Shown here: positions 1 to 9,827 of the stretch, in pieces
Layout of the letters: each line of letters opens with the position of its first letter
Numbering within the stretch: the first letter of the stretch is position 1
Source of the DNA: Candidatus Bathyarchaeota archaeon
GTDB lineage: Archaea; Thermoproteota; Bathyarchaeia; Bathyarchaeales; Bathycorpusculaceae
Assembly (NCBI GenBank): GCA_963702095.1
Contig: OY969706.1
Coordinates: 1,152,001-1,216,000 of the forward strand
Direction of reading: 5' to 3'
Length of the DNA: 64,000 nt
Program-made: the position numbers and the translations under genes
Notes under the pieces: generated by a model
The model's input: the letters and a program-made list of their open reading frames with translations, nothing else
What the model was told of the DNA's origin: nothing
The model's database searches: none

Positions 1-2
1 TG

Positions 3-920
3 GTTTTCTCAGCTGTACTACTATGGGTTGGATACTTCTCCATTTTAACCGTCGGCATCTTAGTCGTCGTGCTTAACGTGGCTCAGTGGCTCCTCTCACC
101 CTACCTGGTAGGCGCCATGTACCGTGTAAAAGCATTAAAAGACGGCGAAAACCCCAAGCTGCAAGCGATGGTTGCCGACTTAAGCAAGAAAAGCGGCATC
201 AAAGCACCCCAAATCATGCTCTCGCAGATTCCACTGCCTAACGCCTTCGCGTATGGTTCACCCTTAACAGGCAGCAGAGTCGCCGTCACAGAAGGTTTAC
301 TCAAAAACTTAAACGACGGCGAAGTCGAAGCCGTCGTCGGACATGAACTCGGACACTTAAAACACCGCGACGTACAGGTCATGATGGTTGTCTCTTTCCT
401 GCCCGCACTGTTCTACTATATCGGTTGGACAATGATGTGGTCAGGCATGTTGGGCGGAGACCGCAGACAAGGCGGCGGTGGCAACAACGCCTTAATCGGC
501 ATCGCTTTCATGGCGTTCAGCTGGGTGCTGACGCTTTTCACCCTCTACCTCAGCCGCCTACGTGAGTACTATGCTGATCGCCACAGCGCATCCATCGTTG
601 AAAACGGCGCAGCCAAACTCTCCACGGGCTTAGTCACCATCGTGGAAGAAAGCAAACGCGGCAGCCACCCAAACAAACAACAACAATCTAAAAGCAACAA
701 CGCCTACAAAGCACTCTTCATATCTGACCCTGACCGCGCAGCCGTTGACTCCGCAGAACTCCACGCAAACAACGTAACCAAAGAAGACCTGCTAAGACAG
801 AAACTCTCGCAGAAGCCAACCTCCGCCGACGCATTCGTCGAAATCTTCTCCACACACCCGAACATAATCAAACGCCTAAAAGCACTGCAGGAACTGCAGC
901 AGAACCCATCCTACTACTAA
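3..920 (+). CDS. htpX: HtpX-like M48 zinc metalloprotease (5' truncated by window edge)
   Basis: PNAFAYG, HELGH zinc motif, SRLREYYAD, FSTHP; frame is open back to the window start. Confidence 0.9.
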   Translation, partial: VFSAVLLWVGYFSILTVGILVVVLNVAQWLLSPYLVGAMYRVKALKDGENPKLQAMVADLSKKSGIKAPQIMLSQIPLPNAFAYGSPLTGSRVAVTEGLLKNLNDGEVEAVVGHELGHLKHRDVQVMMVVSFLPALFYYIGWTMMWSGMLGGDRRQGGGGNNALIGIAFMAFSWVLTLFTLYLSRLREYYADRHSASIVENGAAKLSTGLVTIVEESKRGSHPNKQQQSKSNNAYKALFISDPDRAAVDSAELHANNVTKEDLLRQKLSQKPTSADAFVEIFSTHPNIIKRLKALQELQQNPSYY

Positions 921-1531
921 AAGTAGCTGTTCCCATCCACTAAGAAGGGGTTAACCTTTTTTTCTTCGCCCAGCACTGTAGCTTCTCCGTGACCGGGATA
1001 CACCACCAAGTTGTCAGGTAACTGCTTGATTTTCTGCAGTGAACGTTTCATGTCGCTGGGCGAGCCTTCAGCGAAGTCTGTTCTGCCGATGCTATAGGCG
1101 AAGAGGGTGTCGCCACTAAACATGACTTCTCCATCGAGGAGGCATATGCTGCCGGGGGTGTGGCCGGGAGTATGGAGCACGTTTAGGATTTCTGCACCGA
1201 ATTTGATTTGATTGCCATCCTGTAGCATGACGTTGCCTGATGCGTTGTCTTCTAGGAACACAGCGTCTAAGTTGTGTATGCAGAGGGGTACGCCGTATTT
1301 TTGTTGCAGGAGGCGGTTGCCTTTGGTGTGGTCGTCGTGTCCATGGGTGTTAACGACGTATTTCATTTTGAGTTTGGCTTGTTCGATGTAGTTGATGATG
1401 GGTTGGGCTTCGCCGCTGAAGTCGAATCCCGGGTCGATTATGATGGCTTCCCCGCTTTGTGGGTCGCTGGCGACATAGCAGTTGGTTTGCAACATGCCCA
1501 CCGTGAAAGTTTCTATTTGCATAGCAATCAC
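917..1531 (-). CDS. MBL-fold metallo-hydrolase (glyoxalase II-like)
   Basis: THGHDDH, HTPGHTPGS, FSGDTLF, YPGHG motifs. Confidence 0.9.
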   Translation of the reverse strand: MIAMQIETFTVGMLQTNCYVASDPQSGEAIIIDPGFDFSGEAQPIINYIEQAKLKMKYVVNTHGHDDHTKGNRLLQQKYGVPLCIHNLDAVFLEDNASGNVMLQDGNQIKFGAEILNVLHTPGHTPGSICLLDGEVMFSGDTLFAYSIGRTDFAEGSPSDMKRSLQKIKQLPDNLVVYPGHGEATVLGEEKKVNPFLVDGNSYF

Positions 1532-1650
1532 CAGTTAAGGCGCAGTTAGAACAAATAAAGCGTTTCCCTTAGCATAGAAAACAACAATTCCTACGTTTAA
1601 CAAGTTGGATTTTGTTCTTTAGATTTCCTTTCACAGCTCATCAATATCTG

Positions 1651-1780
1651 CTTGTGGATTGCTCCACAATCAACCTGCAATATGCCGCAACGCCTGAACC
1701 CAAAAAACAATTGTCCACCAAACCCGCAAGAAGAAGATAAGTAAGGACAACAATCTCTTCTTCTTAAACTAGAAAAATAG
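1651..1780 (+). repeat. Dispersed ~130-bp intergenic repeat, diverged copy
   Basis: Colinear with 31154-31283 (cttgtgga...ctgcaa...acaacaatctcttcttct...ctagaaaa). Confidence 0.65.
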
Positions 1781-1871
1781 TCACCTAATAATTGGTGCTC
1801 TTCAACAATCCGCTAAGGATTCAGCCATAATCAAAATTAAAGGCGTGGGTAAACTAAAAAATAGTAAACAG

Positions 1872-2117
1872 TTATGCGTCGAAGCCCTGTTGGAAACCGG
1901 TAAGCTTCAAAGTGCACCCGCATTTGCCACAGGTGATAACTAACTCGGCGAGTTCGTCGTTAACAACTTTTGTGTCTATGATTTGGTAGTTTTCTTCTGT
2001 TTCGTCGTCAGGTGAAATGGAGGTGCCGCATTGGGGACATGGGAAGGACCCGTCGCCCTCGATACTTGCCAAGTTTATGACATGCTCGCACTTCTTTTCT
2101 AGCTTTTTCATCATCAT
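1872..2117 (-). CDS. Small zinc-ribbon protein
   Basis: CPQCG...CGKCG pairs, 81 aa. Confidence 0.7.
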   Translation of the reverse strand: MMMKKLEKKCEHVINLASIEGDGSFPCPQCGTSISPDDETEENYQIIDTKVVNDELAELVITCGKCGCTLKLTGFQQGFDA

Positions 2118-2265
2118 ACTTCCTGCACTTCTTTTTAGGTGGTTGATTTCAATTTGGGTTTTTCATTAATTAACCATTATGAATTACTAGTCAGTAAACG
2201 GCGATTGCTTAAAAAGTTCACCCAAAAAAGGTGAGAAAACTGGATGGTTTTTTCCCAATTTTATC

Positions 2266-4161
2266 TTAAGCTCCTGTTTCAGCCTCGAAGCACTCAGGGG
2301 AAATGTAGTCGCCGAATTTCTCTTTCGCTTCGATTAGGCGTTGGCGTTGCAGGTAGAGTAAACCGAAGAGTTCCAGCGGGGTGTCAGTGACGTTTCCTTG
2401 ATAGAATTGTTGCACACGCTCGATTTTGGATAGGTTTTCTGGTACGCGGATGGTGAATTGTTTGATATAGTCTTCTTTGGCGTAGTCTTTGTTGAGGACT
2501 TGTTTGAACAATTTTTTGAGGTCATCGTATTTGGGTATGTAGCCTGTGGGTGTCTTTAAGGCACCTACCTCGTTGTGCACACGGAGTTCCATCCATTTTA
2601 CCCAGACGTGTTTGTCATGTGGGCTGTTGAGGTATTTGCCGTTGCCTATTTCTTTGAGGAAATAGTTTACGCCGAAGATTAACGGTTGCTTTTTGAGTTT
2701 AGCGCCAAAGTCTAGGTTGTTCTGTACGTTTCTGCCCAGTGGAATGCTTATGAAGTCTTGGATGCTCATCATGTTGATTTCTGGGACGCCTTCTTTGCCG
2801 ATGGTGGCAAACGTAGTTTCGGTTTCCAAGGAAGCACCGTAGGCGATGATGCCGTGTTCCCAGCTGAAGCTCTGCTGCACAGGCACATATGCTTTGGCGT
2901 CGCGTCCGCCATACATGATGCCGCCGAGTTCGACGCCATTGGGGTCGTTGAGTTCGGAATCAACGTTCTCCAGTGCCTTAAGTGCTACTGCATAGCGTGC
3001 GTTTTTGTTTGCTGCTGGGATGTCGTTGCCCGCTTCGTCTTTTTTGCCTTCATACCATGCGCCGGTGTAGTTGCAGCCGTCTTTGGGCAACTCTTCGCCC
3101 ATGCCAAGCCAGTAGGGTCTGCCGTCTTTGACTAGGATGTTGCTGAAGATGATTTCTCCGGGGGTAGTGAGGACTTTCCAGATTAAGGCGTCGTCTTTGG
3201 CTTTAACGTCTTGGATGATGCCGAAGATGCCTGATTCCACGTTGACTGCACGTGCGGCTGAGCCGATGTCTCGTATGTAGGCAATGTCGTCGCCAAGGAT
3301 GGTTTCGCCAGGTAACATTGCGGTTGAGGTTTTGCCGCATGCGCTCGGGAAGGCACCTGCAAAGTAGGTTTTACGGTCTTTAGGTCCAAACACGCCCATA
3401 AGCAGCATGTGCTCTGCTAGCCAGCCTTCGCTGCTTGCTTTGCGTATGGCTAAGCGGAAGGCAAGTTTCTTGAAGCCCACGCTGTTGCCAGCGTATTGGG
3501 TGTTGACGCTGTAGATAGTTTCATCCATGTGGTCGATGTAGATGCGTTTTTTGTTGTAGTCAACGCTGACCATGTCACTGTTGAGTTTTCCAGCTGAGTG
3601 GAGCACTTTTAGAAATTCTGTTTTGTTTCCTGCTTTCACAAACTGGTCAAAACCCGATCTGTAGAGCAGGGATTCTGAGTGAGCAACATACCATGAATCG
3701 GTACATTGAAGGCCAAGAATGGTGAAAACTGAGTCAGCTGGACCAAGCGATATGAAGCGGACAATCATGGTTTTGCCGATCATGCTGTTACGCAGCAACC
3801 CCATGACTTCAAGGAGTCCTTCTTGGCGATCCATCTGGTTTAACGCTTTGCTCAAGGTGGAGCCTTTAGCAACAAGGTATTTGGTTGCTTGTCGGTCCCG
3901 TCCTTGGTCTTGTTCGCCGTCAAAGTGAACGGTGTGCCCTTCTACGTCTAAAATGGCTGATTCTTCGCCGCTACTAACCGCCATTTTTCGAACGTGCTCG
4001 ATGTCTTCGGCGCTGTCGCTGCAGATGAAGATGTTTTCTGGGTGACAGAGGTCGCTTTCTTTGGCGATGAATTCGTGTACGTTGGGGTTGTCGATGGCGC
4101 TTAATTTTTTGAAGTCTTCAACGCTTAGTTTGGGGTGGAGTGCTTCTAGGTATGGATTCAT
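2266..4161 (-). CDS. pckG: Phosphoenolpyruvate carboxykinase (GTP), archaeal type
   Basis: WLAEHM, AFPSACGKTS, GDDIA motifs. Confidence 0.95.
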   Translation of the reverse strand: MNPYLEALHPKLSVEDFKKLSAIDNPNVHEFIAKESDLCHPENIFICSDSAEDIEHVRKMAVSSGEESAILDVEGHTVHFDGEQDQGRDRQATKYLVAKGSTLSKALNQMDRQEGLLEVMGLLRNSMIGKTMIVRFISLGPADSVFTILGLQCTDSWYVAHSESLLYRSGFDQFVKAGNKTEFLKVLHSAGKLNSDMVSVDYNKKRIYIDHMDETIYSVNTQYAGNSVGFKKLAFRLAIRKASSEGWLAEHMLLMGVFGPKDRKTYFAGAFPSACGKTSTAMLPGETILGDDIAYIRDIGSAARAVNVESGIFGIIQDVKAKDDALIWKVLTTPGEIIFSNILVKDGRPYWLGMGEELPKDGCNYTGAWYEGKKDEAGNDIPAANKNARYAVALKALENVDSELNDPNGVELGGIMYGGRDAKAYVPVQQSFSWEHGIIAYGASLETETTFATIGKEGVPEINMMSIQDFISIPLGRNVQNNLDFGAKLKKQPLIFGVNYFLKEIGNGKYLNSPHDKHVWVKWMELRVHNEVGALKTPTGYIPKYDDLKKLFKQVLNKDYAKEDYIKQFTIRVPENLSKIERVQQFYQGNVTDTPLELFGLLYLQRQRLIEAKEKFGDYISPECFEAETGA

Positions 4162-4179
4162 GGGTTAGGTTCAGTCCAT

Positions 4180-5157
4180 TTAGAGTTCATTAACGTTTCC
4201 AGGTACTCTTGGGAAAGGTTGACATTCCGCGATGTGCTTGACGCCTGCGAGCCATCCGACTAAGCGTTCAAGGCCTATGCCTGCGCCCGCGGTGGGTTTT
4301 AATCTGCCTTCCTTTGCCATTTTGAGGATGAGGGCGTAGTTCTCTTTCTTGACTTGGTCGCGCTCGATTTTCTCGAGGATCTTGGTGTATTCGTATTCGC
4401 GTTTGGCGCCTGAGAGAACTTCGCCGAACTGCGGCAAAAACAAGTCATAGTTGTCCCATTTGCCGGTTTTGAAGTCCTCAAAATCGTAGAATTCTCGAGG
4501 AATGTTTGTTACCCAGACAGGTTCGGTTGTTTCTTCGGCGATGCCTGCTTCCCAACCGTCTGCACCGTATTTGTCTTCTAAGTCGGCGCGGTCAACGATT
4601 TTGAAGGGTGCCTTCGGAGCTTGGAGAGTGTCACAACGGCAAAGCGAGGTGAGTTCACCGTTCATGTCTTTCTTTAAGTCTTTAACAAGCGTGCAGATGG
4701 CTTCTTCAACGAGTGCGAAGACGTCTTTGGAGCCTGAGTCACGCATTTCAAAGTCTAGTTGGGTGAATTCATAGATGTGTTTGCCTGTTTTGGCGCGTTC
4801 GCCTTTTTCGATGCGAATGTTTGGCGAGACTATGAATAGTTTTGGATATGCGGTGGATGCCGCGACGAGTTTATGGATAATCATGCTTGACATGGTGCGG
4901 ACGGGTTTGCCGTAGATGTCAACTTCGATGCGTTTCTCTATGGATGCGCCTGGGTCAGGCCACAAGGGATCGGTGCTTTGGCTTAATGCGACTGGAAGGA
5001 GCCATTGGAAGCCTTTATTGATGTAGGTGTTGGTGAGGCTTCGAAGTGTGTAAGTCATGACTTTGCCTATGCAGGCTTTGCGTTGGATTTCGGTTTCCGT
5101 CAGTTGGTCTAACGGCTTGGGGATTTCGATTAATTCTTGTTTCGGCATACTGATCAC
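4180..5157 (-). CDS. asnA: Archaeal asparagine synthetase A (AsnRS/AspRS catalytic-domain paralogue)
   Basis: Class II aaRS core without anticodon domain: STDPLWPDPG, EFTQLDFE, GEVLSGAKRE, GAGIGLERL. Confidence 0.85.
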   Translation of the reverse strand: MISMPKQELIEIPKPLDQLTETEIQRKACIGKVMTYTLRSLTNTYINKGFQWLLPVALSQSTDPLWPDPGASIEKRIEVDIYGKPVRTMSSMIIHKLVAASTAYPKLFIVSPNIRIEKGERAKTGKHIYEFTQLDFEMRDSGSKDVFALVEEAICTLVKDLKKDMNGELTSLCRCDTLQAPKAPFKIVDRADLEDKYGADGWEAGIAEETTEPVWVTNIPREFYDFEDFKTGKWDNYDLFLPQFGEVLSGAKREYEYTKILEKIERDQVKKENYALILKMAKEGRLKPTAGAGIGLERLVGWLAGVKHIAECQPFPRVPGNVNEL

Positions 5158-5270
5158 TACCGGGTTTGTGTTATCGGTAGGGGGCGGCAGGTAATAAATT
5201 TTTTATATGAAAACATGCAATATTTACAATAACTACAAGCTTTTATACCTCAAACGTGTAATATTTACAT

Positions 5271-5774
5271 ATGAGCTTTAAACTAGACGAGAAAGACCTC
5301 GCCATCTTAACCCTCATCCAAGAAAACAGCAAACTCACCGCCAACCAAATCGCCAAAAAAATCGGCGCCCCAATAACCACCGTCTTCGCCAAAACCAAAC
5401 GCATGGAAGAACTCGGCATCATAAAACAGTACCGCGCCATCCTCTCAGCAGAAAAACTCAACCTAGGCACCGCCGCCTTCATCTTAGCCGCCGTATCCTA
5501 CCGCAGCAAAGACGACGCCCCCATCACCCAGCGCAGCGTCGCAGAAGAAATCGCCCATTTCCCCGAGGTGCAGGAAGTCCACATAATCACAGGCGATTGG
5601 GACCTCTTGGTGAAGCTCCGCGCGGAAAACGTGGAAGCCATTGGAAAATTCGTCGTCGACAAACTCCGCAACATCAAAGGCTTAGAGAAAACCCTAACAT
5701 GCATGGTGTTTGAAACCGTGAAAGAAAGCACCAGCATACCCCAAACGCTAAAGCGACCCCAGCCTAAACCATAG
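5271..5774 (+). CDS. Lrp/AsnC family transcriptional regulator
   Basis: N-terminal HTH (LDEKDLAIL..), ITGDWDLLVK; divergent from asnA. Confidence 0.9.
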   Translation: MSFKLDEKDLAILTLIQENSKLTANQIAKKIGAPITTVFAKTKRMEELGIIKQYRAILSAEKLNLGTAAFILAAVSYRSKDDAPITQRSVAEEIAHFPEVQEVHIITGDWDLLVKLRAENVEAIGKFVVDKLRNIKGLEKTLTCMVFETVKESTSIPQTLKRPQPKP

Positions 5775-5809
5775 TTAACAGTTGATCAAAATTCGGGTTG
5801 GTTTGCCTT

Positions 5810-7196
5810 TTAACCTGGACGATGCTTTCTGAAGTAAAAAACTAAGGCTACAGCGACGACTATTGCAGCTGCGGTTGCTAACACCGCTACAATAATTACT
5901 GCCGCAAAGGGCTCAATGCACTCTTTGGAGGAAACTGCCACCGTGAAGTTGATTGTCTGTGAAGTAGCCATGTTGCCGAAGGTGTCGTTGGCGTAGATTG
6001 TTATACTGTGCTGACCGTTTGCGACGTTGTCGATTGTGCTGTTACCGTATATCGTTACTGTGGGGTGTCCATCCAAACTGTAGCCCATCCAGCTAGCCGT
6101 CCTATCGACAGAAAAAACAAAGGGCACAATAGATTCGTTGTAGGTTTGATTCATGGCCAATAAAAGTGAAACTTTCGGGGGAACGGTACCGTAGCCGAGG
6201 GGTATATACTGCTCGTTAATCGCAGACGGAGTAACCGTAGACGGGCCCGTCTCTGAAGGATACTGATAATCGACTCTTTGGCCGCCAATCACATATACTA
6301 TATCGTTTACTACACCCACACCAAACCTGTCTCGATTAGAAAGCATAGATGCACCGGCTACCCATGTATTGTCCTCTGGGTGGTAGATTTTGGTTGTTGA
6401 ACCGAAAATGTAAATTCGTTGTGGCGCAAAGATGCCTAAAGTTGCCGCCGCTGCAATGCCCCCCAGACTAGCCTGCGGTTGAGGAGTTAGTGCATTCCAC
6501 AGATTATTTTGGGGGTTATAAATTTCTACGTTTCTGCCCATTTCATATATACGGTCATCAAAAACTGTAGATATGTACATGTACTTTGGTGACTCTGGCA
6601 TGGACGATTCGGTAGACCACGAGTCTGTTGCTGGATCGTAAACTTGATTTATATTGCCTTGTGGGGTGCCGCCTACCAAGTAAATTTTGCCGTTAACAAC
6701 ATTAGCCTCAGCGCCCACTCTCGGCAGGGGCACTTGCGCTTTGGTTTCCCAGATATTTGCCTCTGGGTTGTAAACTTCATTTACAGGTGATAAGATTAAA
6801 CCATTGTCTCCGTTGGGAGGTTGGAAATTTGATGCTCCACCGATGCAGTAGATCTTGCCCTGATAGGCTGCTATAGCGAAACCATACCTAGGGGTTGGCA
6901 TTGGAGCTCTCAAACTCCAGTTATCAGTAACAGGGTCATACGCCTCGTTTGTGCCTTTAATCCAGCCGCTGGCTTTATAGTCAGCGCCAACAACATTAGG
7001 AGTATCTCCGCTTTCGTTTTTCCCTCATATAGCAAAAATTCTTCCATCCACCACAGCAACGCCTAAGTCGCTTCTAGCCTCATGCATCGGTGCCCTTGTA
7101 ACCCATGAGTCTTCAATAACTTTATCACAGGAAATAGGTTTAGCAATTGTAAGTAACGTTAAAAGGAGTAGAACAACAAGCAATAAACATGAGTAT
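5810..7196 (-). pseudogene. Secreted Kelch-repeat protein with C-terminal TM anchor, interrupted
   Basis: Kelch repeats (YCIGG, YLVGG, YVIGG). Frame extends upstream to a signal peptide but has an in-frame TGA at 7025-7027 (FAI*G where Kelch has IGG) and no ATG. Confidence 0.75.
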
Positions 7197-8294
7197 TTAT
7201 TCGTCGCTTTTCTTAATGGTTAACTTGCTCCTCAGTTCTTCTCGTAGAGGAAGCCCAATTTCTAGACCAAGAGCAACGATTAAAGTAATAATTAACTCAG
7301 TATAACTGCCTATGTTTGCAAGTTGAGCAAGAGCTAAACCAACTATTCCTATTGTAGTTAGAACCATCATAACTTTGAAATAAAGTGGTATATCATGGAC
7401 TTTTTCAGATATTGTTCCTAGCCGTGAAATAGTAATATCTCTTGCTTCCTCAAATGCAACAGTTGATGGGTCATCATGAAGTTCGTTTATTGGTATATCG
7501 GTAATTAGCACCGATTTATCTGCAACAAGTATTTTTCCCTTTATATTTTCCATTATTTCATCACGAATATCACTAGAAGAAGGAGATTTTTTAATTACAT
7601 AGAAGTCTTTGCGGTAAGCAATTGTTGCTATTACCGTTTGATTGGCTGAATTGGCTTCACCTATAGCGAGGATTAATGCGCTTTTAGTTTTTGTATCATA
7701 TCTTTTTGTTATCCAGACAGAGCCTTGTTTCCTTGGTTTTTCAAAGTGATGGGTAGCTAAAAACCCTTTACTAATAAGGGCGATTATTTCTGGTGGGGCT
7801 TTGTTTACTAGATACGATTTTTTATCGACCCCGTCAAAACTCAATCGCACGACCTCCCGTACAATCAACAATTGAACTAATCCAATCTCCAGTAATACAA
7901 AACCCCACGTAAAGATGGTCTGAGTTAAGTTCTGCCAAAGAGTTGAAAGTTCTATGCTGTTTGTTGGCAGAATATTTGTTGTTGACCACTTGTAAACAAG
8001 TAGCACAGTTAAAACAGCTATGGTTCCAGTTTGACCCCAGACTGGAGACACAATACGTTTGGGGTTCAATAGAAGCGATACGGTGATGTAGTAGAATATC
8101 GGAATCATCGCATAAGCTACAAGATATGGAATGTTTGAAATGAATACGGTTCCTTGCGAATCTGTAAAAAGATTGAATGGATAAATAAGTAGTGGGAACA
8201 ACGCTAAAACTTGAATTGAAATAATTATCAACGTTGCAACTAAGTAACCAGTGACTGAGTTCGATTTGTTGTATAGTTCCTCTGCTTGGGACAT
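7197..8294 (-). CDS. Hypothetical multi-pass membrane protein (AT-rich, probable transposon cargo)
   Basis: 365-aa ORF, several hydrophobic segments, next to an IS6-like end. Confidence 0.7.
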   Translation of the reverse strand: MSQAEELYNKSNSVTGYLVATLIIISIQVLALFPLLIYPFNLFTDSQGTVFISNIPYLVAYAMIPIFYYITVSLLLNPKRIVSPVWGQTGTIAVLTVLLVYKWSTTNILPTNSIELSTLWQNLTQTIFTWGFVLLEIGLVQLLIVREVVRLSFDGVDKKSYLVNKAPPEIIALISKGFLATHHFEKPRKQGSVWITKRYDTKTKSALILAIGEANSANQTVIATIAYRKDFYVIKKSPSSSDIRDEIMENIKGKILVADKSVLITDIPINELHDDPSTVAFEEARDITISRLGTISEKVHDIPLYFKVMMVLTTIGIVGLALAQLANIGSYTELIITLIVALGLEIGLPLREELRSKLTIKKSDE

Positions 8295-8379
8295 TAAATA
8301 AACTTCTATTGTTTTGGTATTTAGATTTTGCCAAACCCATATGCTTTAAAACCGATTCAAGTAACAGCCAGCTCCGCAA

Positions 8380-8504
8380 TCTCTTTTCAGAACTGTTCAA
8401 TCCAGCCCGACAGAACTCAAAAAGCCAACCCCAGAGACCCAAGAGAAAAGCCACTAGACGGATTTTCACATGAATGCCTGAACTGACGGAGACTTCAGAG
8501 AACC
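8380..8504. mobile_element. Orphan IS6-like element end abutting the next element
   Basis: ~125 bp imperfect inverted copy of 8513-8638; ends in ...cttcagagaacc, like 11930-11941. Confidence 0.7.
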
Positions 8505-8684
8505 CCTTTGAGGGTTTTTTGAACTCTTCGTCAGTTGGGGGGTTCATGTGAAAATCCGTCTAGTGGGTTTTCTGTTGAAGCTCTGGGGCTGGTTTTCTTA
8601 TTTATGCGGGGCAAAGCGGAACAATTCTGAACATAGAGCATTTTCGGCAAAGCTCAAATACTATGACCTAACAACCACAAGGAT

Positions 8685-9827
8685 ATGCCTAAAAAAACTG
8701 GAAACATTTTGCCCTTCCTATTGGGTGGAGGCTTTGTCTTGAGTTCTTTTCTCGGTGGATTCTTCAGTTCAATGGGTGAGAGTGTATGGACTGCCATATC
8801 TCAAGGTCATTACAATTTGGATATATCACAAATTGTTTCTTTAGCCTTTGGATTTCTAGGTGTCTTTCTTCTATGTTATGGTATATACCTAAAACTAAAA
8901 GATTTCACGACAACCGATGGTTCGACTTTTCCACAATCATTTTACAAATTGAGATTTCACTTCAAAAAAGAGGCTAGACTAAATATCGGTACTGTCGGCG
9001 CTATCTGCCTATTAATGGGTACTGTTATGATAGTTATGTTTCTGAGTTTTCCTCCACCCCCCGCAACAACTCCCATGTTGATGTACAATGTGATTCTGTC
9101 AACCGCTATCATTAGTGGTATAGCAATCATTGCTCTGGGCGGGGTTTTCTTTTCAAATGTATTACTGGATATAAAACAAGTGAGAGATAACGAAATAAGA
9201 AATCAAAAAGACACTTATACCAAGCTCGTAAAGGATTTTTGCAACGTCCGAGATAATATGCAAAGAGTTTCTAGCGACAGCTTAAGAGCGAAATTATCTT
9301 GTGAATTAGATGCTAAACTTCTCGCTTTGCTTAAAGGCTATAAATGGGTTAAGATAGAAAACGAAGTAATGTCGATACTTAACGATGTTATTCCAGACAG
9401 AATTACTATTGAAAATCATGTAATGAACATTAGCTACCTGTCAGCGATAGTTCAGTATCAAAGAGTTAACACTATTCAAAAAATTGGTAAAAATTGGGGC
9501 AAAGACTTGGAAAAACTATACGATGATCAAAAATGTAATACTGAAACCTTAAAGGAAGTTGTATATTTGCTCCAAGAAATAAATGGCTATAGCTCAGAGT
9601 ATATGATGCGTCTAATCGAAGATATGACTTCCCACGCTAGCAAATTGAAGTTTTCGCTTGTTTCAAGTAATATCAATTTTACGAAAGTTAAAGCCAGAAG
9701 TGAGGATGATTATTACAAATTGCTTAATTTCATCGTTCTTAAAATGGACTCAGCCCAAAGAAATAATGAAAACGAAGAAATACTTGAACGGTTAAGAATC
9801 TTGTATGCCACCGCTAAAAAAGCATAA
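8685..9827 (+). CDS. Hypothetical membrane protein (4 TM plus soluble C-terminal domain), transposon cargo
   Basis: 380-aa AT-rich ORF inside the element. Confidence 0.7.
   Translation: MPKKTGNILPFLLGGGFVLSSFLGGFFSSMGESVWTAISQGHYNLDISQIVSLAFGFLGVFLLCYGIYLKLKDFTTTDGSTFPQSFYKLRFHFKKEARLNIGTVGAICLLMGTVMIVMFLSFPPPPATTPMLMYNVILSTAIISGIAIIALGGVFFSNVLLDIKQVRDNEIRNQKDTYTKLVKDFCNVRDNMQRVSSDSLRAKLSCELDAKLLALLKGYKWVKIENEVMSILNDVIPDRITIENHVMNISYLSAIVQYQRVNTIQKIGKNWGKDLEKLYDDQKCNTETLKEVVYLLQEINGYSSEYMMRLIEDMTSHASKLKFSLVSSNINFTKVKARSEDDYYKLLNFIVLKMDSAQRNNENEEILERLRILYATAKKA

Noticed and set aside
7025-7027. In-frame TGA in the Kelch gene as possible selenocysteine or recoding
   Set aside because: The position is a conserved Gly (GGA to TGA), and TGA is used as a normal stop elsewhere in the window
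7834-8742. Two similar ORFs (..KIRLVAFLLGLWGW / MKIRLVGFLLKLWGW) on opposite strands
   Set aside because: By-product of the inverted transposon ends, not duplicated genes
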